Origin: Candidatus Bathyarchaeota archaeon
GTDB taxonomy: Archaea; Thermoproteota; Bathyarchaeia; 40CM-2-53-6; DTDX01
Assembly: GCA_018396775.1 (NCBI GenBank)
Contig: JAGTRF010000007.1
Coordinates: forward strand, 22,179-86,178
DNA: 64,000 nucleotides
Direction of reading: 5' to 3'
Shown: positions 28,455-39,322 of the stretch, piece by piece
How the letters are laid out: each line of letters begins with the position of its first letter
Numbering within the stretch: the stretch's first letter is position 1
Program-made: the position numbers and the translations under genes
Notes under the pieces: model-generated
The model's input: only the letters and a program-made list of their open reading frames with translations
Databases searched by the model: none
Told to the model about the DNA's origin: nothing

Positions 28455-28527
28455 ACTTGGTTTTCGCAAACTTTTTATTTTACCTTTTATTTTTTAAATC
28501 GGTTAAACCAACTAAAGGCGAGTTTAA

Positions 28528-30594
28528 ATGTTGATTCCATTAATAGTTTTGGTTTGCGCAATAGCTTTAGGTTTAGTTGCTTATCTTTCAAGATATATCA
28601 TGGTTCAAGATTCTGGGACTGAAAAAATGCGTGAAATAGCTTCAGCAATAAAATCTGGAGCTGAAGCCTATCTTAAAAGACAATATAAATCTATAACAGT
28701 TATAGCAGTTATATTCGCTTTTTTATTTGCTTTAGCTATTAGAGCTCCCTCTAATCCTTGGCTTGGGGTTCAAACTTCCTTCAGCTTTATTTTAGGCGCT
28801 TTATGCTCTAATCTAGCTGGTTACATAGCTATGCGAGTTGCTGTATCAGCTAATGTTCGAACGGCTTCAGCCGTTAGAAAAAGCTTTGATAAAGCCTTAA
28901 AAATAGCTTTTAGAGGAGGCTTAGTTTTTGGTTTAGCTGTAGTTTCAATGAGCCTTCTAGGAATAACCGGGTTATATCTTTTATTTAACAAGGATCCAAG
29001 GTTGATTGTAGGCTTTGGGTTTGGAGCAAGCTTTGCAGCTTTATTTGCTCAGCTTGGGGGAGGAATATATACTAAAGCAGCTGATATGAGCGCAGATTTA
29101 GTTGGTAAAGTTGAAGCTGGAATCCCTGAAGATGATCCTCGAAACCCAGCGGTTATCGCGGATAATGTAGGCGATAATGTAGGTGACATCGCGGGTAGAG
29201 GAGCTGATTTATTTGAGTCTATAACCGCTGAAAATATTGGCGCCATGATTCTTGGTTTAGCTCCAGCAATATTCGCTTTATATAGCGTAAATGGAGTTCT
29301 TTTCCCATTAATAGCTAGAGCTTTTGGGTTAATTGCAACGATGATTGGAATGTGCTTTGTTTACGCAAAAAAAGAGGATGAAGACCCGTTTAAACCTTTA
29401 GTTAAAAGCTTAATGGTTGTCTCTGGTTTATGCATAATATTCTTTTATATTTTAGTTAGAGTTCTTTTAAATAACGCTTTAAACTTGTTTTTAGCTGCTG
29501 TAATTGGTGTGGCAACAGCTGCATTAATCGCATTAATCACTAACTATTATACCTCCTATAATAAAAGACCTGTTTTAGAGATTGTTGACTCAGCTAAAGG
29601 TGGAGCTGGCCCAGGAATAGCTACCGGTTTAGCTGTTGGAATGGAATCTACAGGCATATTTATAGCTATTGTAGCTATAGCTATTTTATCTTCCTTCGCT
29701 TTAGGAGGGGGTTTACCAGTTTTAGTTGGTAAAGCTTCTTGGGAAGCTGTTCAAAAGGGAATTTATGGAACTGCTATAGCTACGATGGGTATGCTTTCCG
29801 TCACGCCAATAATATTAGCTTTAGACGGTTTCGGTCCTATAGTAGATAATAGCAGCGGAATACTTGAAATGTCTGGTTTATCAGGTGAAGGTAAAGAAAC
29901 TTCTGAAAAAATGGATGCTATAGGCAACACAACTAAAGCTTTAACTAAAGGTTACGCTGTAGGCTCAGCGTTGCTTTCAGCTTTTCTACTTTTCTTCGCG
30001 TTTCTAGAAGTTGTTGAATTAAAAAGCGTAGATTTAAGCAAGCCCGCAGTCTTCATTGGCGCTTCTTTAGGTGCAATGCTAATTTTCCTTTTCAGCGCTT
30101 TAGCTATTAAAGCGGTTGGTAAAACTTCAGCGAAAATGATTGAGGAAATAAGAAGGCAATTTAAAGAGATTCCTGGAATTCTTGAAGGTAAAGCTAAACC
30201 TGATTATGCTAAATGCATTGATATAAGCGCGAAAGCAGCTTTAAAAAACATGGTTGCTCCAGGGATTTTAATAATTGTTCTACCTGTAATTGTAGGTTTA
30301 ATTTTAGGAGCTGAAGCTCTTGGAGCTTTACAAATGGTTGGAATAATAGTTGGCGTAGTGATGGCTTTATTCATGAATAATGGTGGCGCAGCCATGGATA
30401 ACTCTAAAAAATATATTGAAGCAGGTAATTTAGGTGGTAAAGGATCGCCAATTCATGCCGCTACTGTTATAGGTGATACGCTTGGAGACCCATTAAAAGA
30501 TACCGCCGGCCCATCAATTCATGTTGTAATTAAGCTTTTAAATACTATAGCTTTAGCTTTAGCGCCTTTATTCATTTTATATGCTTTAATGTAA
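28528..30594 (+). CDS. hppA: membrane-bound proton/sodium-translocating pyrophosphatase
   Basis: 688 aa, polytopic. GGGIYTKAADMSADLVGKVE, DNVGDNVGDIAGRGADLFES and DNSKKYIE...GDTLGDPLKDTAGPS signature blocks. Confidence 0.9.
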   Translation: MLIPLIVLVCAIALGLVAYLSRYIMVQDSGTEKMREIASAIKSGAEAYLKRQYKSITVIAVIFAFLFALAIRAPSNPWLGVQTSFSFILGALCSNLAGYIAMRVAVSANVRTASAVRKSFDKALKIAFRGGLVFGLAVVSMSLLGITGLYLLFNKDPRLIVGFGFGASFAALFAQLGGGIYTKAADMSADLVGKVEAGIPEDDPRNPAVIADNVGDNVGDIAGRGADLFESITAENIGAMILGLAPAIFALYSVNGVLFPLIARAFGLIATMIGMCFVYAKKEDEDPFKPLVKSLMVVSGLCIIFFYILVRVLLNNALNLFLAAVIGVATAALIALITNYYTSYNKRPVLEIVDSAKGGAGPGIATGLAVGMESTGIFIAIVAIAILSSFALGGGLPVLVGKASWEAVQKGIYGTAIATMGMLSVTPIILALDGFGPIVDNSSGILEMSGLSGEGKETSEKMDAIGNTTKALTKGYAVGSALLSAFLLFFAFLEVVELKSVDLSKPAVFIGASLGAMLIFLFSALAIKAVGKTSAKMIEEIRRQFKEIPGILEGKAKPDYAKCIDISAKAALKNMVAPGILIIVLPVIVGLILGAEALGALQMVGIIVGVVMALFMNNGGAAMDNSKKYIEAGNLGGKGSPIHAATVIGDTLGDPLKDTAGPSIHVVIKLLNTIALALAPLFILYALM

Positions 30595-30640
30595 ACCTTA
30601 AATAAGCAATTTTTATTATTAATTTTTAAGAGGGAGAAAA

Positions 30641-31123
30641 ATGGAGTTAAAAGTTGTTAAGCTAGAAATACCTAAAGAATGCAATATTATCGTTGGAACA
30701 ACTCACTTCATAAAATCTATTGAAGATTTATATGAAGCTTTAGTTAATTCTGTTCCGGAAATTAAGTTTGGAGCAGCTTTTTGTGAAGCTTCAGGCCCAT
30801 GCTTAATTCGTCATGCTGGAACAGATAAGGAATTAGAGAATGCTGCTATTAAAAATGCTTTAAATATAGGGGCAGGGCACTCCTTTGTAATTTTATTAAA
30901 AAACGCTTATCCATTAAATGTTTTAAACGCTATTAAAAATGTTCCTGAAGTTTGCACAATTCATTGCGCTACAGCTAATCCAGTTGAAGTTATATTAGCT
31001 GAAACAGATCAAGGTAGAGGAATATTAGGTGTAATCGATGGGTTTAAAGTTAAAGGTGTTGAAAACGAAGCTGAAATAAAAGAGCGAAAAGAATTTCTTA
31101 GAAAAATTGGGTATAAACTTTAA
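30641..31123 (+). CDS. adenosine-specific kinase family protein (PF04008-like)
   Basis: 160 aa. [14 protein letters not shown]...[16 protein letters not shown]...[10 protein letters not shown]...[18 protein letters not shown] resembles the archaeal Adenosine_kin family. The call is from memory. Confidence 0.55.
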   Translation: MELKVVKLEIPKECNIIVGTTHFIKSIEDLYEALVNSVPEIKFGAAFCEASGPCLIRHAGTDKELENAAIKNALNIGAGHSFVILLKNAYPLNVLNAIKNVPEVCTIHCATANPVEVILAETDQGRGILGVIDGFKVKGVENEAEIKERKEFLRKIGYKL

Positions 31124-31157
31124 TTTTTTAAATTAAGCTAGTTTAAGGCGTTTTTGA

Positions 31158-32570
31158 TTGCCTCTAAACATTTATGATACTTTAACTAAAGAGAAAAGAG
31201 AGTTTAAACCTTTAAAAAATAATAGAGTTTCTATGTTTGTTTGCGGCCCAACAGTTTATGATTTATCTCATATAGGTCACGCTAGAACTTATATAGCTTA
31301 CGATATTATAGCTAGGTTTCTAAAAGCCCTAGGATACAGCGTATTTTTCTTAATGAATATTACTGATGTTGATGATAAAATCATTAATAAAGCTAGAGAA
31401 CTTGATGCATCCCCTTTTGAATTATCTAAAAGAATGACTGAAGAATTTTTTAAGGATATGAACGCGTTAAATATTTCAAGCGTAAATTTATATGCTAAAG
31501 CTTCAGAGCATATTCCAGAAATAATTCAGCAAATCAAAATTTTAATTGATAAAGGCTACGCTTATAAGGTTAATGGCGATGTATACTTTGATATTTCAAA
31601 GTTTCCTGAATACGGGAAACTATCTCACCAGAAACCTGAGGAATTAATTAAGCATAGAATTGAACCTGACCCTAGAAAAAGAAATCCTGGAGATTTTGCT
31701 CTTTGGAAAAATATGAAGCCTAATGAACCTTTTTGGGAAAGCCCTTGGGGTAAAGGAAGACCTGGATGGCATATTGAAGATACAGCCATAACTTACACGT
31801 ACTTCGGACCGCAGTATGATATTCATGGAGGTGCTATAGAGCTTGTTTTTCCGCATCATGAAGCTGAAATAGCTCAAGGAGAATCTTTAAGCGGATTTAA
31901 GCCTATGGTTAACTTTTGGGTTCATACAGGTGTATTAACTATTAAAGGACAAAAAATGTCTAAATCCTTAAAAAATTATATAACTATTAGAGAAGCTTTA
32001 AAAAATTTTAGCGTAGATGGGTTGAGAATTTTTTTTGCTTTAAGCCATTATAGAAGTCCAGTAGATTTTAACGAGGAAAACTTGAAGCAAGCTGAAGCTA
32101 TAGCTGAAAACCTTTACAGAGTTTATGGAAAAGCATTAAGTTTACTAAAGAAAAACCTTAAAAACGAAAGCAGCGTTGAAATAACACGTGAAATCGAAGC
32201 TGCTAGAGAAAGCTTTTATGAAGCTATGAAAGATGACTTTAATACGCCTCAAGCTTTAGCTGTTTTAATAAATTTCTCAAAGAAAGTTGACTCTTATATT
32301 TTAAAGGAAATTGACAGAAAAGATTTAGAAAATATAATAAATCTTTTTAAGGAATTATTTTATATTCTAGGGCTTTTCGAGAAAGAGGAGAAAGCTGAAA
32401 GCGAAGATGCTGTCTCCAGCTTAATGGATTTAATTTTAAAAGTTAGAGAAGAAATTAGAAAAAGGAAAGATTGGAAGCTTTCAGATGAAATTAGAGAAAA
32501 ACTAAATGAATTAGGTTTTATTATAGAGGATACGCCTCAAGGAGCGAAATGGATTAAAATTAAACCTTGA
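31158..32570 (+). CDS. cysS: cysteinyl-tRNA synthetase
   Basis: 470 aa. LNIYDTLTKEKREFKP N-terminus, HIGHARTY (HIGH) and KMSKSL (KMSKS). TTG start with no in-frame ATG upstream. Confidence 0.9.
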   Translation: MPLNIYDTLTKEKREFKPLKNNRVSMFVCGPTVYDLSHIGHARTYIAYDIIARFLKALGYSVFFLMNITDVDDKIINKARELDASPFELSKRMTEEFFKDMNALNISSVNLYAKASEHIPEIIQQIKILIDKGYAYKVNGDVYFDISKFPEYGKLSHQKPEELIKHRIEPDPRKRNPGDFALWKNMKPNEPFWESPWGKGRPGWHIEDTAITYTYFGPQYDIHGGAIELVFPHHEAEIAQGESLSGFKPMVNFWVHTGVLTIKGQKMSKSLKNYITIREALKNFSVDGLRIFFALSHYRSPVDFNEENLKQAEAIAENLYRVYGKALSLLKKNLKNESSVEITREIEAARESFYEAMKDDFNTPQALAVLINFSKKVDSYILKEIDRKDLENIINLFKELFYILGLFEKEEKAESEDAVSSLMDLILKVREEIRKRKDWKLSDEIREKLNELGFIIEDTPQGAKWIKIKP

Positions 32571-33403
32571 ATCCTCAAAGCAAAGTAGCTTTAGTTAAAG
32601 GGGAAAGATCCGTAGAAACAGTTGTTAAAGCTATTCAATTAGCTGAAGCGCCAAAGTTTAAAGATAAACCTATAATTATAAAGGTTAATTTGATAAGCAA
32701 TAAAGATTGGCGTTCAGGCGCTACAACAGATCCGATTATAGTTGAAGGATTAATAAGTTACTTTAAATCTATAAACAATAATATTATTGTTGCAGATTCA
32801 GATGCGACCATGACTAATGCTGATAAGGCTGCTAAAACCTCAGGAATAAAGTTTATTTGTGATAAACATAATATTCCATTTATAAATTTGAGGAAAATTA
32901 AGGAAAAAATTAAAGTTAAAATATTGAATGGAGAAGTCTTATCAAAAGTTACTCTTCCAAAAATTGTTTTTGAAAGCTATGTTATTAGCGCGGCAAAATT
33001 GAAAACTCATACAGAAACATTGGTAACTTTAGGTTTAAAAAACATGTTTGGTTTAATTCCTGAAAAATTTAAGGCGAAATATCACTTCCTTGGAATAGGG
33101 AAAGTTGTAGTTGATGTTAACTCAGTTAAAAAACCGGATTTCACAATTATAGATGGGTTTATAGGTATGGAAGGAAACGGTCCTGTTAACGGTCAACCTG
33201 TAAAAATGGATTTAATTATAACAGGTTTAGATCCTGTAGCTACAGATGCTGTAGGAGCGTTAGTGATGGGTTTTAACCCAAATGAAATATTTCATATAAA
33301 AAAAGCTTCAGAAAAGGGTTTAGGAAGCATAAATAACATAAATATTGTAGGCTTAAACTTAAATGATGTGAAGCGACAGTTTAAACCTCCTAAACTATTT
33401 TAA
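32567..33403 (+). CDS. DUF362 domain protein
   Basis: 278 aa. IIIKVNLIS...GATTDPIIVEGL, AKLKTH and DGFIGMEGNGP blocks resemble DUF362. TTGA overlap with cysS. Confidence 0.5.
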   Translation: MNPQSKVALVKGERSVETVVKAIQLAEAPKFKDKPIIIKVNLISNKDWRSGATTDPIIVEGLISYFKSINNNIIVADSDATMTNADKAAKTSGIKFICDKHNIPFINLRKIKEKIKVKILNGEVLSKVTLPKIVFESYVISAAKLKTHTETLVTLGLKNMFGLIPEKFKAKYHFLGIGKVVVDVNSVKKPDFTIIDGFIGMEGNGPVNGQPVKMDLIITGLDPVATDAVGALVMGFNPNEIFHIKKASEKGLGSINNINIVGLNLNDVKRQFKPPKLF

Positions 33404-34105
33404 CTATTGTCTTGCTTGTTTAATTATAAACTTCTTATAGAAAGGGCATGAAAAATCATTTTCTGGACAAATGCCTTTAAAAATGCATGAAGGCCCAGCT
33501 TTCTCAAAAAGCTTTGGAGCTGCTTCTCGAGCTTTTTTAAGCATTTCCCAAGCCGCTTCTCTAATTTCCCATTGAGCATGAAGACAGCATCTTAACTCAA
33601 AAAAATGAAAAAGCTCTCTAGCATTCATTGTAACAACAATATTTGTTAAAGCAGCGTTAGGTAAAATATATCTTGCATCCTCTAATGGAATATTCATTTT
33701 TATTAAAGCGTTATAAGCTTCATTAATGGCTTTTAAAGCTTTTTTAAAAACTTTTAACGCTTCACCACTTTTTAATATTGATGGAGGCGTTGCATAATCA
33801 AGATTGCTTAATTGAACATATCTTTGGCTTTGTTGAGAATAGGAGGCTATTCTATGCCTAACAAGCTGGTGGCTGCAAGCTCTAGATATGCCTTCAAGAC
33901 TAAAAGTAAAGCTTGCATGCTCAATAACAGATTGATGCCCTTTACTTAAAGCTTTATTTAACGTTTCATTTAATTTTTCTTCAGGTAAATCAGTTAATTC
34001 GCTTGGGGGTTTCCTAGAAACACATGAACGTGCGGCAACTCCACATAATTTTTCAGGTTGAGGTGTATAAGCTAGCAATTTAACTTTAATTTTAAACCCC
34101 TCCAA
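33404..34105 (-). CDS. thyX: FAD-dependent thymidylate synthase
   Basis: 233 aa. ThyX motif RHRIASYSQQSQRY (RHRxxSxxxxSxR). Confidence 0.9.
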   Translation of the reverse strand: MEGFKIKVKLLAYTPQPEKLCGVAARSCVSRKPPSELTDLPEEKLNETLNKALSKGHQSVIEHASFTFSLEGISRACSHQLVRHRIASYSQQSQRYVQLSNLDYATPPSILKSGEALKVFKKALKAINEAYNALIKMNIPLEDARYILPNAALTNIVVTMNARELFHFFELRCCLHAQWEIREAAWEMLKKAREAAPKLFEKAGPSCIFKGICPENDFSCPFYKKFIIKQARQ

Positions 34106-34217
34106 TAAAAGACTACATAAAAACTTATTTTAAAATAGAATAAAAGTATATTTAGCATTTTTAAATTAAATAAGCCTTCAATATTTTAAGCAATTAAATT
34201 ACAGTAAAAATCAAATA

Positions 34218-36296
34218 TTAACTTTTATTGTTTCTTAAGCGGTTAATAAAGCATTTTGGGCAAGAAATCATCGGTCTTCTACCTGATATTTTTACTTGAA
34301 TCATTTGAAATCCGCATTCAGAGCAAGTTTTATCTAATAAAGATAGTTTTCCTTTTTGAGGTAAAGGAAGCGAGAAATGGCATTTATTGCTCCATAAACC
34401 TGAGCATCCAATAAATCTTTTCCCAGTCTTCCTGCTTTTAATTATTAATAGCTGAGAGCCACAGCTTGGACACGGCGTTTTAATCATAAACTCTAAAGCT
34501 TTAACTTGTTTTATAACCTTGCTTAACTCTTCACCTATCTCATTTTCTTTAAGCTTAAGCTCCATTATAGCTGGCTTTAAATAGTTAACTGCCTCTAAAA
34601 CTACTTTCTCTCTTTCTTCTTCTCCAAACTCTATTTTCCTCATCATTTCTTCAAGCTCTCTAGTGAATTCTATGCTAACCACTTTTGGACAATATTTTAA
34701 CATAAGATTAATAATTTTAAAAGATAATGGTGTGGCAACTATCCTTTCATCTTTAACGTAACCTCTTTTATATAAAATATCTATTATTTCAGCTCTAGTT
34801 GCTTTTGTTCCTATTCCCTGCTCTTCCATAAGCTTTAAAAGGCTTGTCGGATTAAATCTTGATGGAGGTTGCGTATACTTTAACTCAGGTTTAACCTCTT
34901 CAAAGAAAACTTTTTGTCCAATAAAAATTGGCGGAAGCAAATTTTCTTCTAAGCTTGAGTAAGGCGCGTAAAGCTTCATCCAACCAGGCTTTAAAATTCT
35001 TGAGCCTTTCAAGTAAAAAATATGATTGCTCACCTTAATTGTTGCTTTTTCGCTTTTCTTTAAGCATGAAGCGCCGAAAGTAGCCATAAATCTTTTAACT
35101 ATTAAATCATAAATTTTCTTTTCTCTTATTGATAACTCTTCTTTAGGTTGAACTCCAGTTGGGTAAATAGCTGGATGCGCAGGGTCAGTCTTTTTTCCTT
35201 CATTAGGCTTTAACTCTTTAATAGCATAAAGCTCATCAACCATATTTTTATACTCAGAATTCTCCTTTAAAGAATTTAAAATTTCTTGATACCCTATTGT
35301 TGAAGGAAGTTTTTGGCTTGAAGTTCTAGGATAAGAGATTAAAGCATTAAGGTATAAACGCTCAGCAATATCAAGAGTTTGCTTTGGAGTAAACTTGAAA
35401 TATCTATAAGCTTCAAGCTGAAGTTGAGTTAAATCAAATGGTGTGGGTGGAAGCAATTTATATTCTTTACTTTGCACATTAATAATTTCCCCCTCTTTTT
35501 TAAAGCAGCTTTCAGCAACTTCATCAGCAATCTTTTTCTCTTCAATTTTAGAGATTTTATATTCAGCCTCAAATTTTTCTCCATTTAAATTTACTATGGA
35601 TTTAATTATCCAGTATGGTTTTGGAACAAAAGTTTGAACCTCTTTTTCTCTTTCAACTATAAATTTTAATGTTGGACCTTGAACTCTTCCAATGCTTAAA
35701 GTTGAGTATTTACCACTATATTTACGAGCAGATTCAGTTAAAGCTCTAGATAAATTTACTCCATACAACCAATCAACTTCATGCCGGCACATTCCAGCTT
35801 TAATTAATGGATAATCTAACGTTGACATCAAATTTCTATAAGCTTCCCTTAACTCTTTAATAGTTAAAGTGCTAAACTTCATTCTTCTCGCTTTAGCTTC
35901 CGCTCCTTTACACGCATATTTAAGAATCATGTATCCTATTAATGAACCTTCAATATCATAATCGCATGCATTAATGAAGAAATCAGCTTCTTCAGCTAAC
36001 TCAGTTATAGCTTTAATACACTTTTCTTGTCTTTTTTGCCCTCTCTCAACTAAATGCTTAGGTTTCCATGAGAAATCCCAAACAGGATACTCGCTTCTTT
36101 TTCCATCTCCTTTAACATCAACTTCATATAAATGACCTATAGCACTGCAAACAATCAATTTTTCAGATTTATTGTTAACTTCAAAGTAAGGTATCCCATG
36201 CTTCATTAATTTTTTAACTTCTCCATTTTCGCTTAAGGCTTCAGCTACATGCAAAGCAGCATCAGGTTTCTCGCAGATAATTAATGTTGTTCTCAC
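34218..36296 (-). CDS. topA: type IA DNA topoisomerase (Topo I/III-like) with C-terminal zinc ribbons
   Basis: 692 aa. Toprim LIICEKPDAA...DYDIEG, active-site ISYPRTSSQKL, and C-terminal CPSCGS...CSG..C / CSECG...CPKC ribbons. Confidence 0.9.
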   Translation of the reverse strand: MRTTLIICEKPDAALHVAEALSENGEVKKLMKHGIPYFEVNNKSEKLIVCSAIGHLYEVDVKGDGKRSEYPVWDFSWKPKHLVERGQKRQEKCIKAITELAEEADFFINACDYDIEGSLIGYMILKYACKGAEAKARRMKFSTLTIKELREAYRNLMSTLDYPLIKAGMCRHEVDWLYGVNLSRALTESARKYSGKYSTLSIGRVQGPTLKFIVEREKEVQTFVPKPYWIIKSIVNLNGEKFEAEYKISKIEEKKIADEVAESCFKKEGEIINVQSKEYKLLPPTPFDLTQLQLEAYRYFKFTPKQTLDIAERLYLNALISYPRTSSQKLPSTIGYQEILNSLKENSEYKNMVDELYAIKELKPNEGKKTDPAHPAIYPTGVQPKEELSIREKKIYDLIVKRFMATFGASCLKKSEKATIKVSNHIFYLKGSRILKPGWMKLYAPYSSLEENLLPPIFIGQKVFFEEVKPELKYTQPPSRFNPTSLLKLMEEQGIGTKATRAEIIDILYKRGYVKDERIVATPLSFKIINLMLKYCPKVVSIEFTRELEEMMRKIEFGEEEREKVVLEAVNYLKPAIMELKLKENEIGEELSKVIKQVKALEFMIKTPCPSCGSQLLIIKSRKTGKRFIGCSGLWSNKCHFSLPLPQKGKLSLLDKTCSECGFQMIQVKISGRRPMISCPKCFINRLRNNKS

Positions 36297-36556
36297 ATTT
36301 CTTCCCCTACATTTATTTTTGAATGATTCTTCGTCATGTAAAATGCAACCTCTTTAACAGCTTCTCCACTTTCTTTTGCTTCAATTATTTTTTCTAAAAA
36401 ATCTTTAAAGGAAACTTCACCATAAGCTTTTTTCCATTCACTATAAGCTTTAATTATATTTAAGTAAGCAAGTTTATGAAGTTCGCAAAAATCTTCGTTT
36501 TCTTCAACTTCATTAAAACAGATTACACATTTTTTACTCATATGAAACCTATTCAA
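36293..36556 (-). CDS. small hypothetical protein, 4-nt overlap with topA start
   Basis: 87 aa ORF; the likely start is MSKKCVICF. It has a CxxC...C.LH metal-binding-like N-terminus and a helical remainder. Confidence 0.45.
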   Translation of the reverse strand: MNRFHMSKKCVICFNEVEENEDFCELHKLAYLNIIKAYSEWKKAYGEVSFKDFLEKIIEAKESGEAVKEVAFYMTKNHSKINVGEEM

Positions 36557-36676
36557 TTAAATGGCTAGCTTATAAACTCTTCTTTAAATTTAAACCAAAA
36601 TTTTATAAATTATTATGCAATCACTTTAAAACAAAATATTTTATTGAAAATTTACTTTTAAGGAAAAGGAGGAGAA

Positions 36677-37729
36677 ATGGTAAAGGAAAAATATTTGAAA
36701 GAGCGAATAAAACATTTAAATCTTGAGGAAGCTTCTTCAATAGGGAAATTGGTTGAAGCGATGGCTTATACTTCTTATCAAAGCAGAAACTTAGCTTATT
36801 GCTATCATGTTTTTAAAAACATGCTCATCGACTTAGATAGACCAACAATTTTTCTCGGGTTAGCTGGCGCCATGGTTCCTGGAGGGATGAGAAAAATTGT
36901 TAGAGATATGATTGCTTATACAATGGTGGATGTTTCAGACTCTACAGGGGCAAATCTTTACCATGATTTTTGCGAAGCTGTAGGAGTACCGCATTATTTA
37001 GGAACAGAGCATGTAAACGATTTAGAGCTTAGAGAGCTTCATATAGACCGTGTTTATGATACTTTCTTAGATGAAGATGATTTAAGAAAGGTTGATGAGT
37101 TAATTTATAAGATTACAGAGCAGCTTGAACCTAAAGTTTACTCCACTAGAGAATATCTTTATAAGCTTGGATTATGCTTAAGCGATGAAAACTCAATTTT
37201 ATACTCTGCTAGCAAATTTGATGTTCCAGTTTTTTGTCCAGCATTAAATGATAGCTCTATAGGGTTGACGTTATCAAAATATTATTTAGAGAGAAAAAAT
37301 TCTGGCAAACCTAAGCTTATTATAGATCCTATAAAAGACCTTGTTGAATTAACGCAAATTAAAATTAAATCTAAAAAAACTGGTGTGATATTTATCGGTG
37401 GAGGAACACCAAAAAATTATGTTCAACAATTAAGCGTTAACCTTGATATTCTTGGCGTTCCACATGAAGGTCACCATTATGCTATTCAAATTACAACTGA
37501 TGATCCAAAATGGGGTGGGCTTTCAGGATGCACTTTTAAAGAGGCTAAATCTTGGGGTAAATTTACGAAAACTGCTTATAACTCAACAGTTTATGCTGAT
37601 GCTACTATAGCTTTACCTTTACTTGCAGGTGCAATTCTGCAAAACTGTAGAAACGAGTTAAATCAAAGATCAAGATTAAAGTTTGTTTGGATAGGAGACG
37701 AATTGTTTGAAATTAAGCAATCACCTTAA
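36677..37729 (+). CDS. dys: deoxyhypusine synthase
   Basis: 350 aa. GLAGAMVPGGMRKI, GANLYHD, GGGTPKNY and DDPKWGGLSG..F.EAKSWGK blocks. GGAGGAG SD present. Confidence 0.9.
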   Translation: MVKEKYLKERIKHLNLEEASSIGKLVEAMAYTSYQSRNLAYCYHVFKNMLIDLDRPTIFLGLAGAMVPGGMRKIVRDMIAYTMVDVSDSTGANLYHDFCEAVGVPHYLGTEHVNDLELRELHIDRVYDTFLDEDDLRKVDELIYKITEQLEPKVYSTREYLYKLGLCLSDENSILYSASKFDVPVFCPALNDSSIGLTLSKYYLERKNSGKPKLIIDPIKDLVELTQIKIKSKKTGVIFIGGGTPKNYVQQLSVNLDILGVPHEGHHYAIQITTDDPKWGGLSGCTFKEAKSWGKFTKTAYNSTVYADATIALPLLAGAILQNCRNELNQRSRLKFVWIGDELFEIKQSP

Positions 37730-37792
37730 TCTATTTTTTTAGAGGCTTAAACTTAAGCTTAATTTTTCTTAAATTTAATAGTTGAAAGGGGG

Positions 37793-38062
37793 ATGAGGAT
37801 TTTGAGTTACTGTGTTAGTGAAATGGCGAAAACTAAACCTATGCAACCTCCAATTGTAAGTAATAGTAATTTAAATTATTGTTTTAACCCTTTTGCGCGA
37901 GTTTGTCAACAAGCAGCTTGGTATAAAATTTGGGTTGAAGAGCAAGAGAAGCATTTAAGAAGTCGGCTTGCAACTGAAAAAAGGTTCCTTTTATACATGT
38001 TGCAATGGGGTTTTCCAACAGGCCCATATTGGGAGAAACCTATCGATATAAGAATTTGCTAG
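37793..38062 (+). CDS. hypothetical small protein
   Basis: 89 aa ORF with a strong GGGGG SD immediately 5' of the ATG. Trp/Tyr/Cys-rich; the tail overlaps the convergent dehydrogenase gene by 4 nt. No family recognised. Confidence 0.35.
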   Translation: MRILSYCVSEMAKTKPMQPPIVSNSNLNYCFNPFARVCQQAAWYKIWVEEQEKHLRSRLATEKRFLLYMLQWGFPTGPYWEKPIDIRIC

Positions 38063-39198
38063 ATTTCTTCACTTAATTCTTTCATCTTGCTTGCTATAGC
38101 ATTTCCCACTTCAAATGTTTTCGCTGAACCGCCTAAATCCACGGGTTTAACTTTTCCTCCTTTTAACACTTCTTTAGTAGCTTCCTCGATGAGGTTGGCT
38201 GCTTCTTCTTCTCCTAAAAACTCAAGCATAAGCTTCCCAGCAAGAATAGTTGCTATTGGATTAGCTTTATTTAACCCTTTATATTTTGGAGCTGAACCAT
38301 GAATAGGTTCAAACATCGAGGTGCCTTCAGGGTTAATGTTAGCTCCAGCAGCCATTCCTAATCCACCTTGAATTATAGCTCCTAGATCAGTTAAAATATC
38401 GCCGAACATGTTTGGTGTTACAACAATTTGGAATGCTTCTGGATTTTTAACAAACCACATAGCCGCAGCGTCTACATAAGCATATTCAACTTCAATATTA
38501 GGGTAATCTTTTTTAACTTCATTTAAAACTTCACGCCAAAGACCATAAGCGTAAGTAAGCACATTAGCTTTATCAACAGATGTAACTTTATTCTTCTTCT
38601 TTTTTTTAGCTAATTCAAATGCGTATTTAATAACTCTTTCTGCGCCTTTTCTGCTTATAACCATTAATTGATAAGCCACTTCATCTAGGTCGCTTTCTAT
38701 ATCTAACTCAAATTTCACGCTGTAAATTCTTCTATAAAGGTTTAATTCTTCTTTAGCCTTTTTCTTCACTCTACCGCCTAAACTAACATATAAGTCTTCA
38801 GTATTTTCTCTAATTACATCAAAGTTTACATCTTTAGGTGATTTACCTGCTAATGGAGTTGGGACACCTTCAAAAAGTTGAATAGGTCTTAAATTAATGT
38901 ATTCATCAAAATAAAACCTTAAATTTAAAAGTATGCCTTTCTCAAGAATTCCAGGTGGAACACGTGGGTCTCCAACAGCACCCATATAAATTGCTTTATA
39001 TTTTTCAAGCTCTTTTAAAGACTCTTCAGAAAGCAATTCTCCAGTAGCTAAATAATAATCAGCGCTAAAAGGATATTTAACCCACTCAACTTCGAAATTG
39101 CAAGCTTCTGAAGCAGCATCTATAACTTTAATTCCCTCTGCTATAACTTCTGGTCCTATTCCATCCCCTGGTATAACTGAAATCTTATAAGTAACCAT
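38059..39198 (-). CDS. isocitrate/isopropylmalate dehydrogenase family enzyme (tartrate/D-malate/3-IPM dehydrogenase-like)
   Basis: 379 aa. [36 protein letters not shown] and [12 protein letters not shown] motifs. The substrate cannot be assigned by eye. Confidence 0.8.
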   Translation of the reverse strand: MVTYKISVIPGDGIGPEVIAEGIKVIDAASEACNFEVEWVKYPFSADYYLATGELLSEESLKELEKYKAIYMGAVGDPRVPPGILEKGILLNLRFYFDEYINLRPIQLFEGVPTPLAGKSPKDVNFDVIRENTEDLYVSLGGRVKKKAKEELNLYRRIYSVKFELDIESDLDEVAYQLMVISRKGAERVIKYAFELAKKKKKNKVTSVDKANVLTYAYGLWREVLNEVKKDYPNIEVEYAYVDAAAMWFVKNPEAFQIVVTPNMFGDILTDLGAIIQGGLGMAAGANINPEGTSMFEPIHGSAPKYKGLNKANPIATILAGKLMLEFLGEEEAANLIEEATKEVLKGGKVKPVDLGGSAKTFEVGNAIASKMKELSEEI

Positions 39199-39322
39199 TT
39201 TTCTTCACCAGCTTAAGGCATAGCCTAACTTACGTTTTTAGCATTTAAAAAGAAATAAAAAGAGAGAAGATAAATTTAAAGGTTTAGAAAAATTTAAAAA
39301 TTAAAGAATGGGAAAAGATTTT

